DNA from: Octopus sinensis
Taxonomy: Eukaryota
NCBI RefSeq assembly: GCF_006345805.1
Contig: NW_021833077.1
Location: 20,737 to 84,736 of the forward strand
DNA: 64,000 bases
Direction of reading: 5' to 3'
Position numbers and translations under genes: made by a program. The notes under the pieces are model-generated. The model ran no database searches. It was not told where the DNA came from and saw only the letters and a list, made by a program, of their open reading frames with translations. Below are positions 38,610 through 51,201 of the stretch, one piece after another. The first letter of the stretch is position 1, and each line of letters starts with the position of its first letter.

Positions 38610-38811
38610 CTTAATGTGACAGTCCCATGAAGGGAATCACACCACTGCTATTTAGCCCTAGGAAGCATCAACGCTTCCTGTCGGCCTTGACACATTTCCT
38701 GTGTCCTTATGTTTACAAGGAGGAGACAAGCACCTCCACCCAGCTAAGCCTGCAGCCAGAGACTGCTAAATGGCAGTGGTGTGATTCCCTTCATGAGGCT
38801 GTCACATTAAG
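38610..38811. mobile_element. 202-bp MITE with 47-bp TIRs ending in CTTAA/TTAAG
   Basis: 38610-38656 pairs with 38765-38811 (3 differences). Confidence 0.85.
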
Positions 38812-39086
38812 TGGCCTAGTGGTTAGAGCAGCGGACTCGCGGTCGAGGGATCACGGGTTTAAATCTCAGACCGGACAATGTATGTGTTCTTGAGCAAAAC
38901 ACATAAGCTCCACGCGGCTCCAGCAGAATGTAATGGCGAACTTCTGCTGACTCTTTCGCCACAACTTTCTCTCACTCTTTCCTCCTGCATCTAGCAGCTC
39001 ACCTGCGATGGACCGGCATCCCATCCGGGTGGGGAACCTATACGCCAACGAAACCTATACGCCGAGCATGGCTTGAGAAGGAACAA
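38812..39086 (+). mobile_element. SINE family D lacking its first ~12 nt
   Basis: Begins TGGCCTAGTGG immediately after the MITE. Confidence 0.85.
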
Positions 39087-39352
39087 ACAAAAACAACAAA
39101 CACATTAATTTGAGAGTATAGAACTACTCTATGTTACTTAAGTAATTTATGAAAGGAGAGATAAGAAACAAGTGCACTGTTTGGACCCAGAAAAAAAAAG
39201 GTTAAGCAACACCAACTTTTGAATAAGTACAATGAAACGAACAGAAAATAGACCGAGACTAATTAAAGCAGACCAAGTATGTCCACGGAAGAATGAATCT
39301 ACAACAAAAGCGTTACTGCCCATATAAGGACATGTAAAGAATAGTCTACCTA

Positions 39353-39555
39353 GGCGTAGGAGTGGCTGTGGTAAGTAGCTTGCTTACCAACCACTTTGTT
39401 CCGGGTTCAGTCCCATTGCGTGGCACCTTGGGCAAGTGTCTTCTACTGTAGCCTCGGGCCGACCAAAGCCTTGTGAGCGGATTTGGTAGACGGAAACTGA
39501 AAGAAGCCCGTCGTATATATATATATATATATATATGTGAGTGTGTGTGTGTGCG

Positions 39556-39593
<38 letters not shown>

Positions 39594-39819
39594 TGTGTGT
39601 GTATATATATATATGTGTGTGCGTGTATACGTTTGTGTGTCTGTTTGTCCCCCCAACATCGCTTGACAACCGATGCTGGTGTGTGTATATGTCCCTGTAA
39701 CTTAGCTGTTCGGCAAAAGTGACCGGTAGAATAAGTACTAGGCTTACAAAGAATAAGTCCTGATGTCGATTTTCTCGACTAAAAGGCGATGCTCCAGCAA
39801 GTAAAACAGTAAACGAGTA
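39353..39819 (+). mobile_element. SINE family A with long internal TA/TG tract
   Basis: Full structure. Confidence 0.9.
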
Positions 39820-40199
39820 TAAATTTAATGTGATCGCGATATGAAAATACTGTGATAGTAGGTTCAGGTGCGGTGCCTAAGGCCACACAAGTTTTTCACT
39901 AAAAATAAAAATAAAAATAAAAATAAAAGCAAACAGTCAACCAATGGACATTATATCGTAGTGTCATACTTGTATTGAATACCATCACAATATTCATAAA
40001 AATGGGTAACAAAAAAAGGCGTATAATTAATCTGTGAAGAATAAAAAAACGAAGTGTGGAAAATTTAGAAATGCGAACATGTCAACGAATTTACAGAGGT
40101 TTATTGTGAAGAAAACTCGATTAGACGAAGAAAGACTTTCAAAAGTAAGGAAACAATGAAACAAACTTGAAGCTAAGTATACATATAAGGGCAAAACAC

Positions 40200-40950
40200 A
40201 GCCGAACAAACTAATAACAAAGCGAGGTCAAAACAGAATTGAAAAACGTACTAAAAAAAGAATTAGGAAAAAACACTCAATGCCGAATATTCAGTTTGAC
40301 TCAACACGCCATACAGGAAGTATACGAATGTATAAACCAGCAATGGCTCAGTAGTTTGAACTAAAGACAGAAATAGGTCTGGGTTTGTCTGCCATTGCTT
40401 TAGCAAAAAGTAATTGTAAGCATGAAATAATGAAACTTAGCTACATGAAATATCGATTTTGATTTCAATACAATGAGACTATTGATCATATTTCCAGATT
40501 TTCAATAATTGTTAGACTCGATCGAATCTATTGCTATGTCAACAGGGTAGTATACCGGCGGCACATGTACGTAACAACGGGTAAAATATGGGTAAAATAC
40601 GTGTACTAATCATGGTACATGAGAAAGACAAGAACTTATTCATATGTCGTATTCCTGACAAAGTAATCGATAAAGCTAAACTGTCCACAAGACATTCTTA
40701 ATGACTGGAATGAAAGTATGTTCCCTGATAGACATCTTGCCCCCAACTGACCTAAGCATTAGACAGGAGATTGAAAAGATGTCAGAATACAAAGATTTGA
40801 ATGGAAATATGCTTTCCGTATGGCAAAAAAATGCAAAGTTGACCATTAGTGGATTGCTAGGTAATGGGAAAATATGCAGAAAAACATAGAAATCACACCA
40901 AAGATCACGACTTTGCTATTTGTTCATAACCTAGCTATGAGCAACCCACA
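40200..40950 (+). mobile_element. Decayed R4/Dong 3' fragment
   Basis: QWLSS and LKTE (~40340-40375), NETIDHI (~40470), CSLIDILPPTD...EKMSEYKDL (40719-40800). Confidence 0.6.
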
Positions 40951-41015
40951 TCCTACATAAGGCATTCAACTACCTCGAACCAAGTGAGCAACTAGTTCTT
41001 ATTCTATCGACCCCG

Positions 41016-41075
41016 GTCTACTGAGATCAATTTAACCTTTCACCTTTATGAAAGGTTAAATTGATCTCAGTAGAC
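41016..41075. repeat. Perfect 27-bp inverted repeat with 6-nt loop inside an old B-like SINE
   Basis: GTCTACTGAGATCAATTTAACCTTTCA-CCTTTA-TGAAAGGTTAAATTGATCTCAGTAGAC. Confidence 0.95.
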
Positions 41076-41147
41076 TTTGAACTCAGAACTTATAGACTGA
41101 CGAGATACCGCTAAGCTTGCCGCCTTAATAACAACAGCACCAACAAT

Positions 41148-41320
41148 GGGGGCGCAATGGCCCAGTGGTTAGGGCAGCGGACTCGCGGTTGTAAGAACGC
41201 GGTTTCGATTCCCTGACCGGGCATTGTGAGTATTTATTGAGCAAAACGCCTAAGCTCCACGAGGCACCGGCGGGGGGTAGTGGTGAACCCCGCTGTAGTC
41301 TTTAACCACAACTTTCTCTC
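41148..41320 (+). mobile_element. SINE family D, 5' part
   Basis: GGCGCAATGGCCCAGTGGTTAGGGCAGCGGACTCGCGGT. Confidence 0.8.
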
Positions 41321-41704
41321 TCTTTCTTCATACTTCTGCCACAAAGCAGAGGAACACGGTGTAACCCACTATGGTATGGTAAACTTTCAGACCCTAGTCT
41401 AGATTGCGAATCCTCTGTATCCCAGGATGGTTCAGCTCGCTACCCGTTAAAAGCCACCGTTTACGGAATGAGGATAACAACGTAGCTTTCGCGCCCGGGC
41501 AACCGCTAGTCTATTGGGTGTGGTGGGTGGATCTTCAAGTTGCCACACACATTCTTTGTAGCTTAGAGTAGGCTCGAATTAGAGATTATTCTTTGTGGCT
41601 AATGGCGTGAGTCCTGATTGAAAGAAGAAGAAGAAGAAGAAGAAGAAGAAGAAAAAGAAGAAGAAGACAGCAGCAGCATCAACAACATTAATAATAATCC
41701 TTTC

Positions 41705-41900
41705 TATTATAGGCATAAGGCCCGAAATTTGGGTGGAGGGCTTAAGTCAATTACATCGACCCAGTATTGAATTGGTACTTAATTTTTCGATCCCGAAAGG
41801 ATGAAACGCAAAGTCGAGTTTGGTGGAATTTGAACTCAGAACGTAGCGACTGGCGAAATAGCGCTAAATATATCGTTCAGGTTTTGCCAGCTCGCTGCCT
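41705..41900 (-). mobile_element. Diverged family B-like SINE
   Basis: GATCCCGAAAGGATGAAACGCAAAGTCGAG...TTTGAACTCAGAACG...CTGCC head. Confidence 0.75.
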
Positions 41901-42810
41901 CAATAACAACAGCAGCAACAACAACAACAACAGCAAGTTGATGATTAAAAAGAAGGAGGACGAGGGGAAGATGAAGAAGATGATGAAGATGAAGGAGGAG
42001 GAAGAAGAGAAGAAGGCGAAGTATTAATATTAGTAGTAGTAGGAAGAGGTAGGAAAATAAGGCAAACGAAAATATAGTGTGTCAAAAAAAATAGTGTTTT
42101 GTCTCTCTTCTACTGAGCAAGTTTATCTGATCCAAAGGATTCTGTACGATACTGCGTTACCGACAACCACATATCGCAGCTGTTGTTGTTCGTGTTAAAA
42201 CTAACACTTTGATGTTGTTGTTATCAATGATGATGATAATGATGATGATGATGAAGATGATTGTCGTTGATAGATGTTGTAGTGGTGAGGATAAAAGTTC
42301 ATATTAGTGATGCTGATAATGATGATGGGGATGGTGACGATGATGATCAGGGTGACGGTGGTGGTCTTGGTTGTGATGGCGTTGAAGACGAGGGCTGTAA
42401 CGATAATTATATAGGACGATGATTATTACGTTGATGATATTAATAACGATGATGATGAGGAGGAGGACGAGGAGGAGGAAGTGGAGTCGAAGGGGATGAT
42501 AATGATGGTAATGATGATAACGACATTAATAATATTTTTGATCTAGATGGTGTTGGCATTTTCGAATGCGGAGGGGTGCGATGGCGGCGTTGAACGTTTT
42601 GGTAGAGCGGGTTTGGTGGTGGTAACAGTGGTGGTGGAGGTGATGGTGACGGTGGTAACATTTCTATGTTTTCAAGTGTAATAAGAGAAGAAAGGATTAC
42701 AACTTATGACGTTTTTGTTTTATTATTTTTGGTTACTACAAGACTGGTACCTGAAGGTTGTAGTTTTTCCCAGAATGCTGAATATACAACAATTCATGAA
42801 TGACTCGTTA

Positions 42811-43000
42811 TTCTTTTACTCTTTTGTTTCAGTCGTTTGACTGTGGCCATACTGGAGCACCGCCTTTAGTCGAACAAATCGACCCCAGGACTTATTCTTC
42901 GTAAGCCTAGTACTTATTCTATCGGTCTCTTTTGCCGAGCCGATAAGTCACGGAGGCGGTTGTCAAGCGATGGTGGGGGGGAGAAACACTGACCCACAAA

Positions 43001-43053
<53 letters not shown>

Positions 43054-43469
43054 TATTTATTTATTTATTATTTATACACACTCACACATATATAATTGGA
43101 ATTTGGAAGAAAAAAACAAAAGACGGAGACACGTGTGTAAACAACAAACAGGTGTAATAGTTTAACGCTCGGGAAGGTGAGAAAGTATTTTACGTTTCGA
43201 GCCTACGCTCTTTAACAGAAAGGAACACGAGAAAATAAACAGAGAGAGAATAAGAAAAAGAAAGCTTTAGTAGCTAGTAGTCAACCGTGGCGATATACAC
43301 GACGGGTTTATTTCAGTTTCCGTCTACCAAATCCACTCACAAGGCTTTGGTCGGCTTGAGACAATAGTAGAAGACACTTGCCCAAAGTGCCACGCAGTGT
43401 GACTGAACCTGGCTCCATGTGGCTGGTAAGCCACATGGAGCCGGGTTCTTACCACACAGCCACTCCTGC
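42811..43469 (-). mobile_element. SINE family A interrupted at its internal microsatellite by a Penelope-like repeat (~43100-43260)
   Basis: A 3' half at 42811-43005, TA tract, foreign insert, then A 5' half at 43298-43469. Confidence 0.85.
43188..43221 (-). ncRNA. Degenerate hammerhead motif (A6U family, additional G8A)
   Basis: Minus strand reads TTT-CTGTTAA-A-GAGC-GTAG-GCTC-GAAA-CGT-A-AAA. Probably inactive. Confidence 0.4.
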
Positions 43470-43703
43470 CACAGTTTATCAAAATATCGAATTATCTTCA
43501 GCCCAAAGTGGCTAGGTTTCACAATGTATTTCTCGTGTTTCTTGTTTGTTTATTTATTGTTTTTGATGTTGCTGCTGACGCTTAGTGGAACTTCCTCTCG
43601 GATTGGATAAACTTATGATCAAAGGTGCTCCACTTTGAGCAGGCCATTTTCTTATTCAGAAGTAGTGCATCGCAAAGCTATATCATCATAAAACTATCTT
43701 CTT

Positions 43704-44023
43704 TTAAAGCCTAGTACTTATTCTATCGATCTCTTTCGTCAAACCGCTAAATTGCGGTGATGTAAACATGCAAACACCGTTTGTGAAATAATGGTGTGAC
43801 ACACACACACACACACGCACACACACGCACACACACACACACACCACACACACACACACACACACATGTTTGTACGATGGGCTTCTTTCAGTTTCCGTCT
43901 GCCAAATCCACTCACAAGGTTTTGGTCAGTCCGAGGCTATGGCAGAATACACTTGTCCAAGTTACGTCGTGGGACAGAACCCGGTACCATTTGGTTGGGA
44001 AGCAAGCTTCGTACCACACAGCC
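43704..44023 (-). mobile_element. SINE family A (tail-truncated) with internal (CA)n
   Basis: Matches the A consensus from CCTAGTACTTATTCTATCG to ACCACACAGCC. Confidence 0.8.
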
Positions 44024-44639
44024 ACGTGTTATGTTCTTTTCTCATTCATTTTTGTTGCCAACTAAATTTTAAGATGTAGCATATTTTATATGGCCCCAGA
44101 TATTTCGATCACTTGTATGGTATGAATTATATAACTGCGTTCATTCATTAAGAAGCCAAATGAAACCATTCGGTGATCCAGTGGTGTTTGTTCGTTAATC
44201 AATCACCCTAGTAACGATGTCTTTAAAACTGAAAGTATATCTTAGGAATTGGTTTCACAGGCTCAGGCCTTGTCATTGGCAATCCCTCAGGTAGAGCACG
44301 GTTTTCTGTTGGATTTGATATTTATCACCCCCGTTTTTGATTTTGCAGACCAAAGTGGGGACCACAAAACCGATTTGGAACCTGGCTTCTGTTTCTCGCG
44401 TATAATCGATCATATAAACGCCAGTATAAAACTAAGCGATTTAAACTCAGAACTACGAAATGACACCAAATGACAACATGCTTTACTGATTCTATGACCC
44501 ACAGGTGACTATTTTAGGGAAGGTGCAGTTGATGATAACGAAAGTGGTAGTGCTACAGGTACAGTTGTCTGTGGTGGTTTTTGTAGTCCTGGGAATACCT
44601 GAATGAGATGAAATGTTCTTTGAGGGCAGTACGGTAATT

Positions 44640-45580
44640 ATGATGTTGATGTCGACGATGATGATGACGGCCGTGATGTTTTGTGGTGGTGGTGGTCGTC
44701 GTCGTCGTCGTCGTGGCGGTGATGTTCTGCTACTGCTGATGATTGTTGTTGTTGTTGTGAAGCAACAAGACGGATAAGGGTGATTAGGTGATGGTCTAGG
44801 GCTTAGGGGCGGGAGACCCCAGACCTTGGAAAAAAAAACTTTGGTCGTCTTGTTGTAGTCGAGGGTTCTTCGTTGGCACCCGACACCACTGGGAGGTGGA
44901 TGCTGCTGCTGATGATGATGACGATGATGATCGTCTTAAAGACAATGTCCCTAGGTAGTAGTGGTGGGGATGAAGTTCATGGTGACGATTATGATTGTGA
45001 TGGCATTGAGAATAATGAAGATGATGATGATGGATGACGACAATGAAGACCACAAGGATGAAGAGGAGGTAGAAGGTGATGAAGCATGCTCCTGATGCAA
45101 TGAAGATACCAATCATACATTTTAATGAAGCGTGAAGCGGTAAAGCAATATTGATGTTTCTTCTTCTCCTCTTCCTACTCTGACTTCTTTATTTCTTCCT
45201 CACCCTGCATCTCCTCCTGTTTCTTCTCCTCCTACTACATCTTCTTTTGCCCATTCTCCTCCTCCTTTTCCTTCTTCTCTGCTTCCTTCTTCCTCTTCCT
45301 CCTCGTCTTCTTCTTCTCCTTCTTCTCCTTCACCTTCTCCTCCTCCTCTACCTCCTCTACCTTTTCCTCCTCCTGCTCACGTTTCTGCTCCTCCTTCTCC
45401 GCCTCCTTCATTTTCTTCTCCTTCCCCTTCTTCCCCATCTTCTTCTTCTTCTTCTTCTTCTTCTTCTTCTTCTTCTTCTTCTTCTTCTTCTTCTTCTTCT
45501 TCTTCTGCTTCTTCTTCTTCTTCTTCTTCTTCTTCTTTCTTCTTCTTCTTCTTCTTCTTCTTTCTTCTTCTTCTTCCTTC
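44640..45580. repeat. Triplet low-complexity region (GAT/GGT, then CTC/CTT including long (CTT)n)
   Basis: Direct reading. Confidence 0.85.
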
Positions 45581-46227
45581 TACATCATCCCCTATCTCTT
45601 ACTCTACATTATCGTCTTCTCTACAATATTACATATTTTCTAGGTTGATTGCCACCAAATGTTCTACGGCAGACATCTTGAATTGTTTTGCCTGGGGGCC
45701 ATCTATCTAAAGATGGGAACATCTGAACATCATAAACCTCGAGATATTCCTCTAACATACATTGACCTGTGGCTGTAATGAATATCTTGGCTAAATTACG
45801 TATGCATACATGTATGTATGTATGTATGTATGTATGTATGTATGTATGTATGTATGTATGTATGTACGTACGTACGTACGTACGTACGTATGTATGTATG
45901 TATGTATGTATGCATGCACGAATGTATGTATGTTTGTACGTATATATGTATGTTTGTTTGTGTGTTTGTATGTATATTAGAGTGGCCCCCACTTTTCAAC
46001 TTTCTAAAAGTTTAGCTCCCACCCCTAATCTTGTCCCAATTAACAAAAAGACAATGTATGCAAAATTTTAACTCAGTCGAACAACTGCAAGGCGACCCTC
46101 ATCGACCATGAAATTTTGAAGTTTTCACCTAGAAAATCATTTTTGCAGATAAAGGGTTATCTCTTATTCCGTTTTCTCTTAAATTAAAAACTTGTTCAGT
46201 ATTATTCATGGTAATAGAAGGATAAAA

Positions 46228-46642
46228 GGCGGCGAGCTGGCAGAAACGTTAGCACGCCGGGCGAAATGCTTAGCGGTATTTCGTCTGCCGTTACGATGTG
46301 AGTTCAAATTCCGCCGAGGTCGACTTTGCCTTTCATCCTTTCGGGGTCGATAAATTAAGTACCAGTTACGCACTGGGGTCGATGTAATCGACTTAATACC
46401 TATGTCTGTCCTTGTTTGTCCCCTCTGTGTTTAGCCCCTTGTGGGTAATAAAGAAATAGGTATTTCGCCTGTCTTTACGTTCTGAGATCAAATTCTGCCG
46501 AGGTTGACTTTACCTTTCATCCTATCAGGGTCGATTATATAAGTACCAGTTACGCACTGGGGTCGATATAATCGACTTAATCCGTTTGTCTGTCCTTGTT
46601 TATCCTCTCTGTGTTTAACCCCTTGTGGGTAATAAAGAATTA
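46228..46642 (+). mobile_element. SINE family B dimer with ~12-bp TSD
   Basis: Head plus 2 units. GGTAATAGAAGG at 46210-46221 and 46643-46654. Confidence 0.9.
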
Positions 46643-47137
46643 GGTAATAGAAGGGTAAGTGACAATAAATATAACGGAGAAGGCAACTTGCAAAGCTAGG
46701 GACAGAGCGTAGGTATAGGGCAAACACTTATTTTCCGCAGTCATCCAGTCGGCGGCCACCCGTAAGCGAGTGAGGTTGTGAATTGCTTTTGTCCATTGAA
46801 AGAATTGTACTGCACCTAATATTAGTGTTGAGAAATAGAATATTAAGAAATATACGTTAGTGATAAACAGTGTACTAATATGACTTGTCCGCGTTTGTAA
46901 ATTTAATTTTATTTATTTATAATAACTTGTAAGCACTCATTCACTTTGTTGTGACGCATTATGATATAGATCTTTCTCTGTTGTGGTGGAAGTCCTGACA
47001 AAATTTATAACCTCTCCATTTTTATAATGTTATGTGCTTTGTATACTTATTATCAATGCCTTTGAACAAAATTTAGAGAGGCGTGGCACACACAAATACT
47101 GCACAAATGACTGGTATGTAAATCACTGGTATGTAAA

Positions 47138-47367
47138 GGCGGCGAGCTGGCAGAAACGTTAGCACGCCGGGCGAAATGCATAGCTGTATTTCGTCAGCTG
47201 TTACGTTCTGAGTTCAAATTCCGCCGGGGTCGACTTTGCCTTTCATCCTTTCGGGGTCGATAACTTAAGTACCAGTTGCGCAATGGGGTCGATGTAATCG
47301 ACGTAATCCGTTGTCTGTCCTTGTTTGTCCCTTCTGTGTTTAGCCCCTTGTGGGTAGTAAAGAAATA
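47138..47367 (+). mobile_element. SINE family B monomer
   Basis: Head plus one unit, ending AAAGAAATAGGTAT. Confidence 0.9.
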
Positions 47368-47654
47368 GGTATGAAACGCTGATCGCAGCACTCACAGGCT
47401 TTGAAAAGGTTGATAGATTTGCAGTAATATAACTTTTCAAGGCAATAAGTCCCTGAAACTCCAATATCTTCAGGAGAACAGCAAGTCATGGTTGTTTACA
47501 GCAAGCAGTAGAGAAGTGGGGTATAATCGATAAAATTCAGGCACTTTGCTGTGATACCACAGCAAGCAACACAAGTCGAGTGAATGGTGCCAGAACAAAT
47601 CTAGAAAAGTTGTTCAATCGCGACCTGTTGTACTTCCCTTGCCATCATCACATT

Positions 47655-48000
47655 TTTCGAGGTCGATAAATTAAGTAGCAGATACGCACTGGGGTCGATG
47701 TAATCGACTTAGTCCCTTTGTCTGTGCTTGTTTTCCCCCTCCATGTTTGGCCCCCTGTGGGCAATAAAGAAATAAGAATAGTTCTCATGCCGAGTGAAAT
47801 GGGTAGCGACATTTCATCCGTCTTCACGTTCTGGGTTCAAATTCCACTGAGGTTGACTTTACCTGTCAATAAAGCAAATACCTGTTGAGCACTGGATCGA
47901 TGAAATAAGAACCAGCTGAGCACTACGAGGTGGGATTCGATGTAATCGACTGACCCCCATCCCCTAAACTTGCTGGCCTTGTGCCAAAATTTGAAACCAA
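47655..48000 (+). mobile_element. Truncated/diverged family B-like fragments
   Basis: GGTCGATAAATTAAGTAG at 47660 and a second degenerate copy at ~47790-48000. Confidence 0.7.
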
Positions 48001-48072
48001 TATTGATGTATCATCTAAATAAAAACGTTGCGTTGAAGCTGTTTTCTTAGATATTCTTATTACTCTAAATCT

Positions 48073-48643
48073 GGCAGAACTTTTAGCACGCCTGGCGAAA
48101 TCAGCGGTATTTCGTCTGCCGCTACGTTCTGAGTTCAAATTCTGCCGAGGTCGACTTTGCATTTCATCCTTTTGGGGTCGATTAAATACGTACCAGTTAC
48201 GCACTGGGTCGATATAATCGACTGAATCCGTTCGTCTGTCCTTGTTTGTCCTCTCTGTGTTTAGCCCCTTGTGGGTAGTAAAGAAATAGGTATTTCGTCT
48301 GCCGCTACGTTATGAGTTCAAATACTGCCGAAGTCGACTTTGCCTTTCATCCTTTTGGGGGTCGATTAAATACGTACCAGTTGCGCACTGGGGTCGATAT
48401 AATCGACTGAATCCGTTCGTCTGTCCTTGTTTGTCCTCTCTGTGTTTAGCCCCTTGTGGGTAGTAAAGAAACAGGTATTTCGTCCGTCTTTACGTTCTGA
48501 GTTCAAATTCCGCTGAAGTCGACTTTGCTGTTCATCCATTCGGGGTCGATAAATTAAGTACCAGTTGCATACTGGGATCAATCTAATCGACTGGTCCCCT
48601 CCCCTCAAAATTTCGGACATCGTGCCTAGAGTAGAAAAGATTA
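48073..48643 (+). mobile_element. Chimeric SINE family B trimer with 16-bp TSD
   Basis: Units at 48106, 48289 and 48474, the last with a different tail. TTATTACTCTAAATCT at 48057-48072 and 48644-48659. Confidence 0.9.
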
Positions 48644-49282
48644 TTATTACTCTAAATCTTAAAGGAAATGCTCTCATTCCTGCAGCAATACTTTTTATTC
48701 TGTTCCAAATAAGCATACTATGTTTGCTGTGTTGGCATTTTGCGGAAGTTGAATTGAAATGTATCGCCAATATTCTTTGTGTTGCAGAGTACGGATATTC
48801 TTAACTTCAGAAATAGTTTCCATATTTGTCTCCAAGCAGTCGGTCAACGGATACCACCGTATATTATTTTAACAGAAAACCTAGGGCGCATATGGTTGTA
48901 ATATTTTGATGACATTGTATGTATATATGATGTATGTATGTATGTATGTATGTATGTATGTATGTATGTATGTATGTATGTATGTATGTATGTATGTATG
49001 TATGTATGCAGGAATAACTGTATCTCTCTTTCACTTTTTCTCTTTGTATATATATATGTATGTGGGAGATGTACATGGGTGTATATAAATACATGTGTGT
49101 GTATATATATACATACATACATGTATGCACACATACATACATATATACATACATACATTCATACATACATATATATGCATATGCGTGTGTGTGTATATAC
49201 ATATATGTATATATATTCTTTTCTTCCTTCATTCTTTTACTCGAGCACTGCCTTTCAGTGCTTTTGGATCTGCCTTCTGAAC

Positions 49283-49378
<96 letters not shown>

Positions 49379-49419
49379 GACTTCACACATCACATCATAT
49401 ATGATGTGCCATACTAATA

Positions 49420-49752
49420 CATACACCAACTAATACATACTAATACGTACTAATACATACTAATACATACTAATACATACACCAACCCTATACATACACA
49501 CGTCCAGACCCCTCATACGCACTTATACTCTCTCATACACACACACACACTTATACATACTAATACGTACTAATACATACTAATACATACTAATACATAC
49601 ACCAACCCCATACATACGCACGTCCACACCAATCCTACGCACTAATACTCTCTCATACACACACACACACACACACACGCACACCCTTATACATACTAAT
49701 ACATACACCAACCCTATACATACACACGTCCAGACCCCTCCTACGCACTATT
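49420..49752. repeat. Hierarchical minisatellite (10-bp TAATACATAC subunits within a ~100-130-bp unit)
   Basis: ACACCAACCCTATACATACACACGTCCAGACCCC recurs three times. Confidence 0.85.
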
Positions 49753-49859
49753 AACTGGTCCTTCAACCATATTATCAACCCTATTATCTCCCCTTATTTC
49801 GCTCTCGCGTCTCATGTTTGATCTTTGACCTCTGGCCGAAATCAGGTCGCCATGTTGAT

Positions 49860-50060
49860 TCGTTAGTTACTGCACGCATTTTTTTTCTCTCCTTGTTTCT
49901 GTGTTTTTTTTCTCTCTGTGTATCTTTCTGTTGAAGAGTGTAGGCTCGAAACGTTAAAGACTTGTTTTATTTATATTTCCTGAGCGCCATACTAATACAA
50001 TTGTTCGTTTGTTTTCCACCTGCCTTCGTCTTTTGTCTATTTTCATAAAGCTTCCCGTTA
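49860..50060 (+). mobile_element. Penelope-like terminal repeat (A6U hammerhead family)
   Basis: Homologous to 455-600 and 43100-43260. Confidence 0.6.
49923..49960 (+). ncRNA. Minimal type-I hammerhead motif with A6U core variant
   Basis: TCTTT-CTGTTGA-A-GAGT-GTAG-GCTC-GAAA-CGT-T-AAAGA: 5-bp stem I, palindromic ACGT stem III. Confidence 0.5.
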
Positions 50061-50071
50061 TATATATATGC

Positions 50072-50128
<57 letters not shown>

Positions 50129-50169
50129 GAGAGAGAGAGAGAGAGATTGAGAGAGATGATAGATTGATT

Positions 50170-50251
<82 letters not shown>

Positions 50252-50796
50252 GATATCTCTTCTTATCTATGTATCTGTGTTTATATTGAAGAATTCATAT
50301 GCATGATTTGTTTGTAGGTATACATTTACATTCGTATGTATATACTATGTATATTATTTTCTTAAGACTCCATGAGTTCTTCATAAAATTGAAGTAAAGT
50401 GGCACAACTTTATTTGTTTGGAGTCGGAATGATTCCAGTGGTTTATGAGCATGTCAGTGTATACATGTTTGGTTGTGTCTATGTTGATGTGAATCTGTTT
50501 TTATAGTGACGCACATCAAATTGTGGTGCTGAGTATAAAACTTATCTACAAATATAATTGTACATATATGTTTATTCCTGGGTATTCAAGTGGGGTATCT
50601 CTCAGAAATGCTTTAAAAATGTTCCCTGTAAGCAAACAAATAGATTTAAAATATGTGAGCCAGTTTGAGTCTTTTTTACATTCTTCGAAAATTCCAGCTT
50701 TTCCAGTCGTTTATACAAATCTCTGGTTACACAGAGAAGTACATCTATGAAATTAAGTACAAATGAAAATTTATAATCTTAATACAAAACTAAGTT

Positions 50797-51201
50797 GTAG
50801 GAGTGGCTGTGTGGCATGTAGCTTGCTTACCAACCACATGGTTCCGGGTTCAGTCCCACTGCGTGGCACCTCGGGCAAGTGTCTTCTAGTATAGCATCGG
50901 GCCGACCAAAGCCTTGTGAGTGGATTTGGTAGACGGAAACTGAAAGAAGCCCGTCGTATATATGTATATACATATGTATATGTATGTATATGTTTGTGTG
51001 TCTATGTTTGCCCCCCCTCCCCAACATCGCTTGACAACCGATGGTGGTGTGTTTACGTCCCCGTAACTTAGCGGTTCGGCAAAAGAGACCGATAGAATAA
51101 GTACTAGGCTTACAAAGAATAAGTCCTGGGGTCGATTTTCTCGACTAAAGGCAGTGCTCCAGCATGGCCGCAGTCACATGATTGAAACAAGTAAAAGAGT
51201 A
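50797..51201 (+). mobile_element. SINE family A
   Basis: Full structure. Confidence 0.9.
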
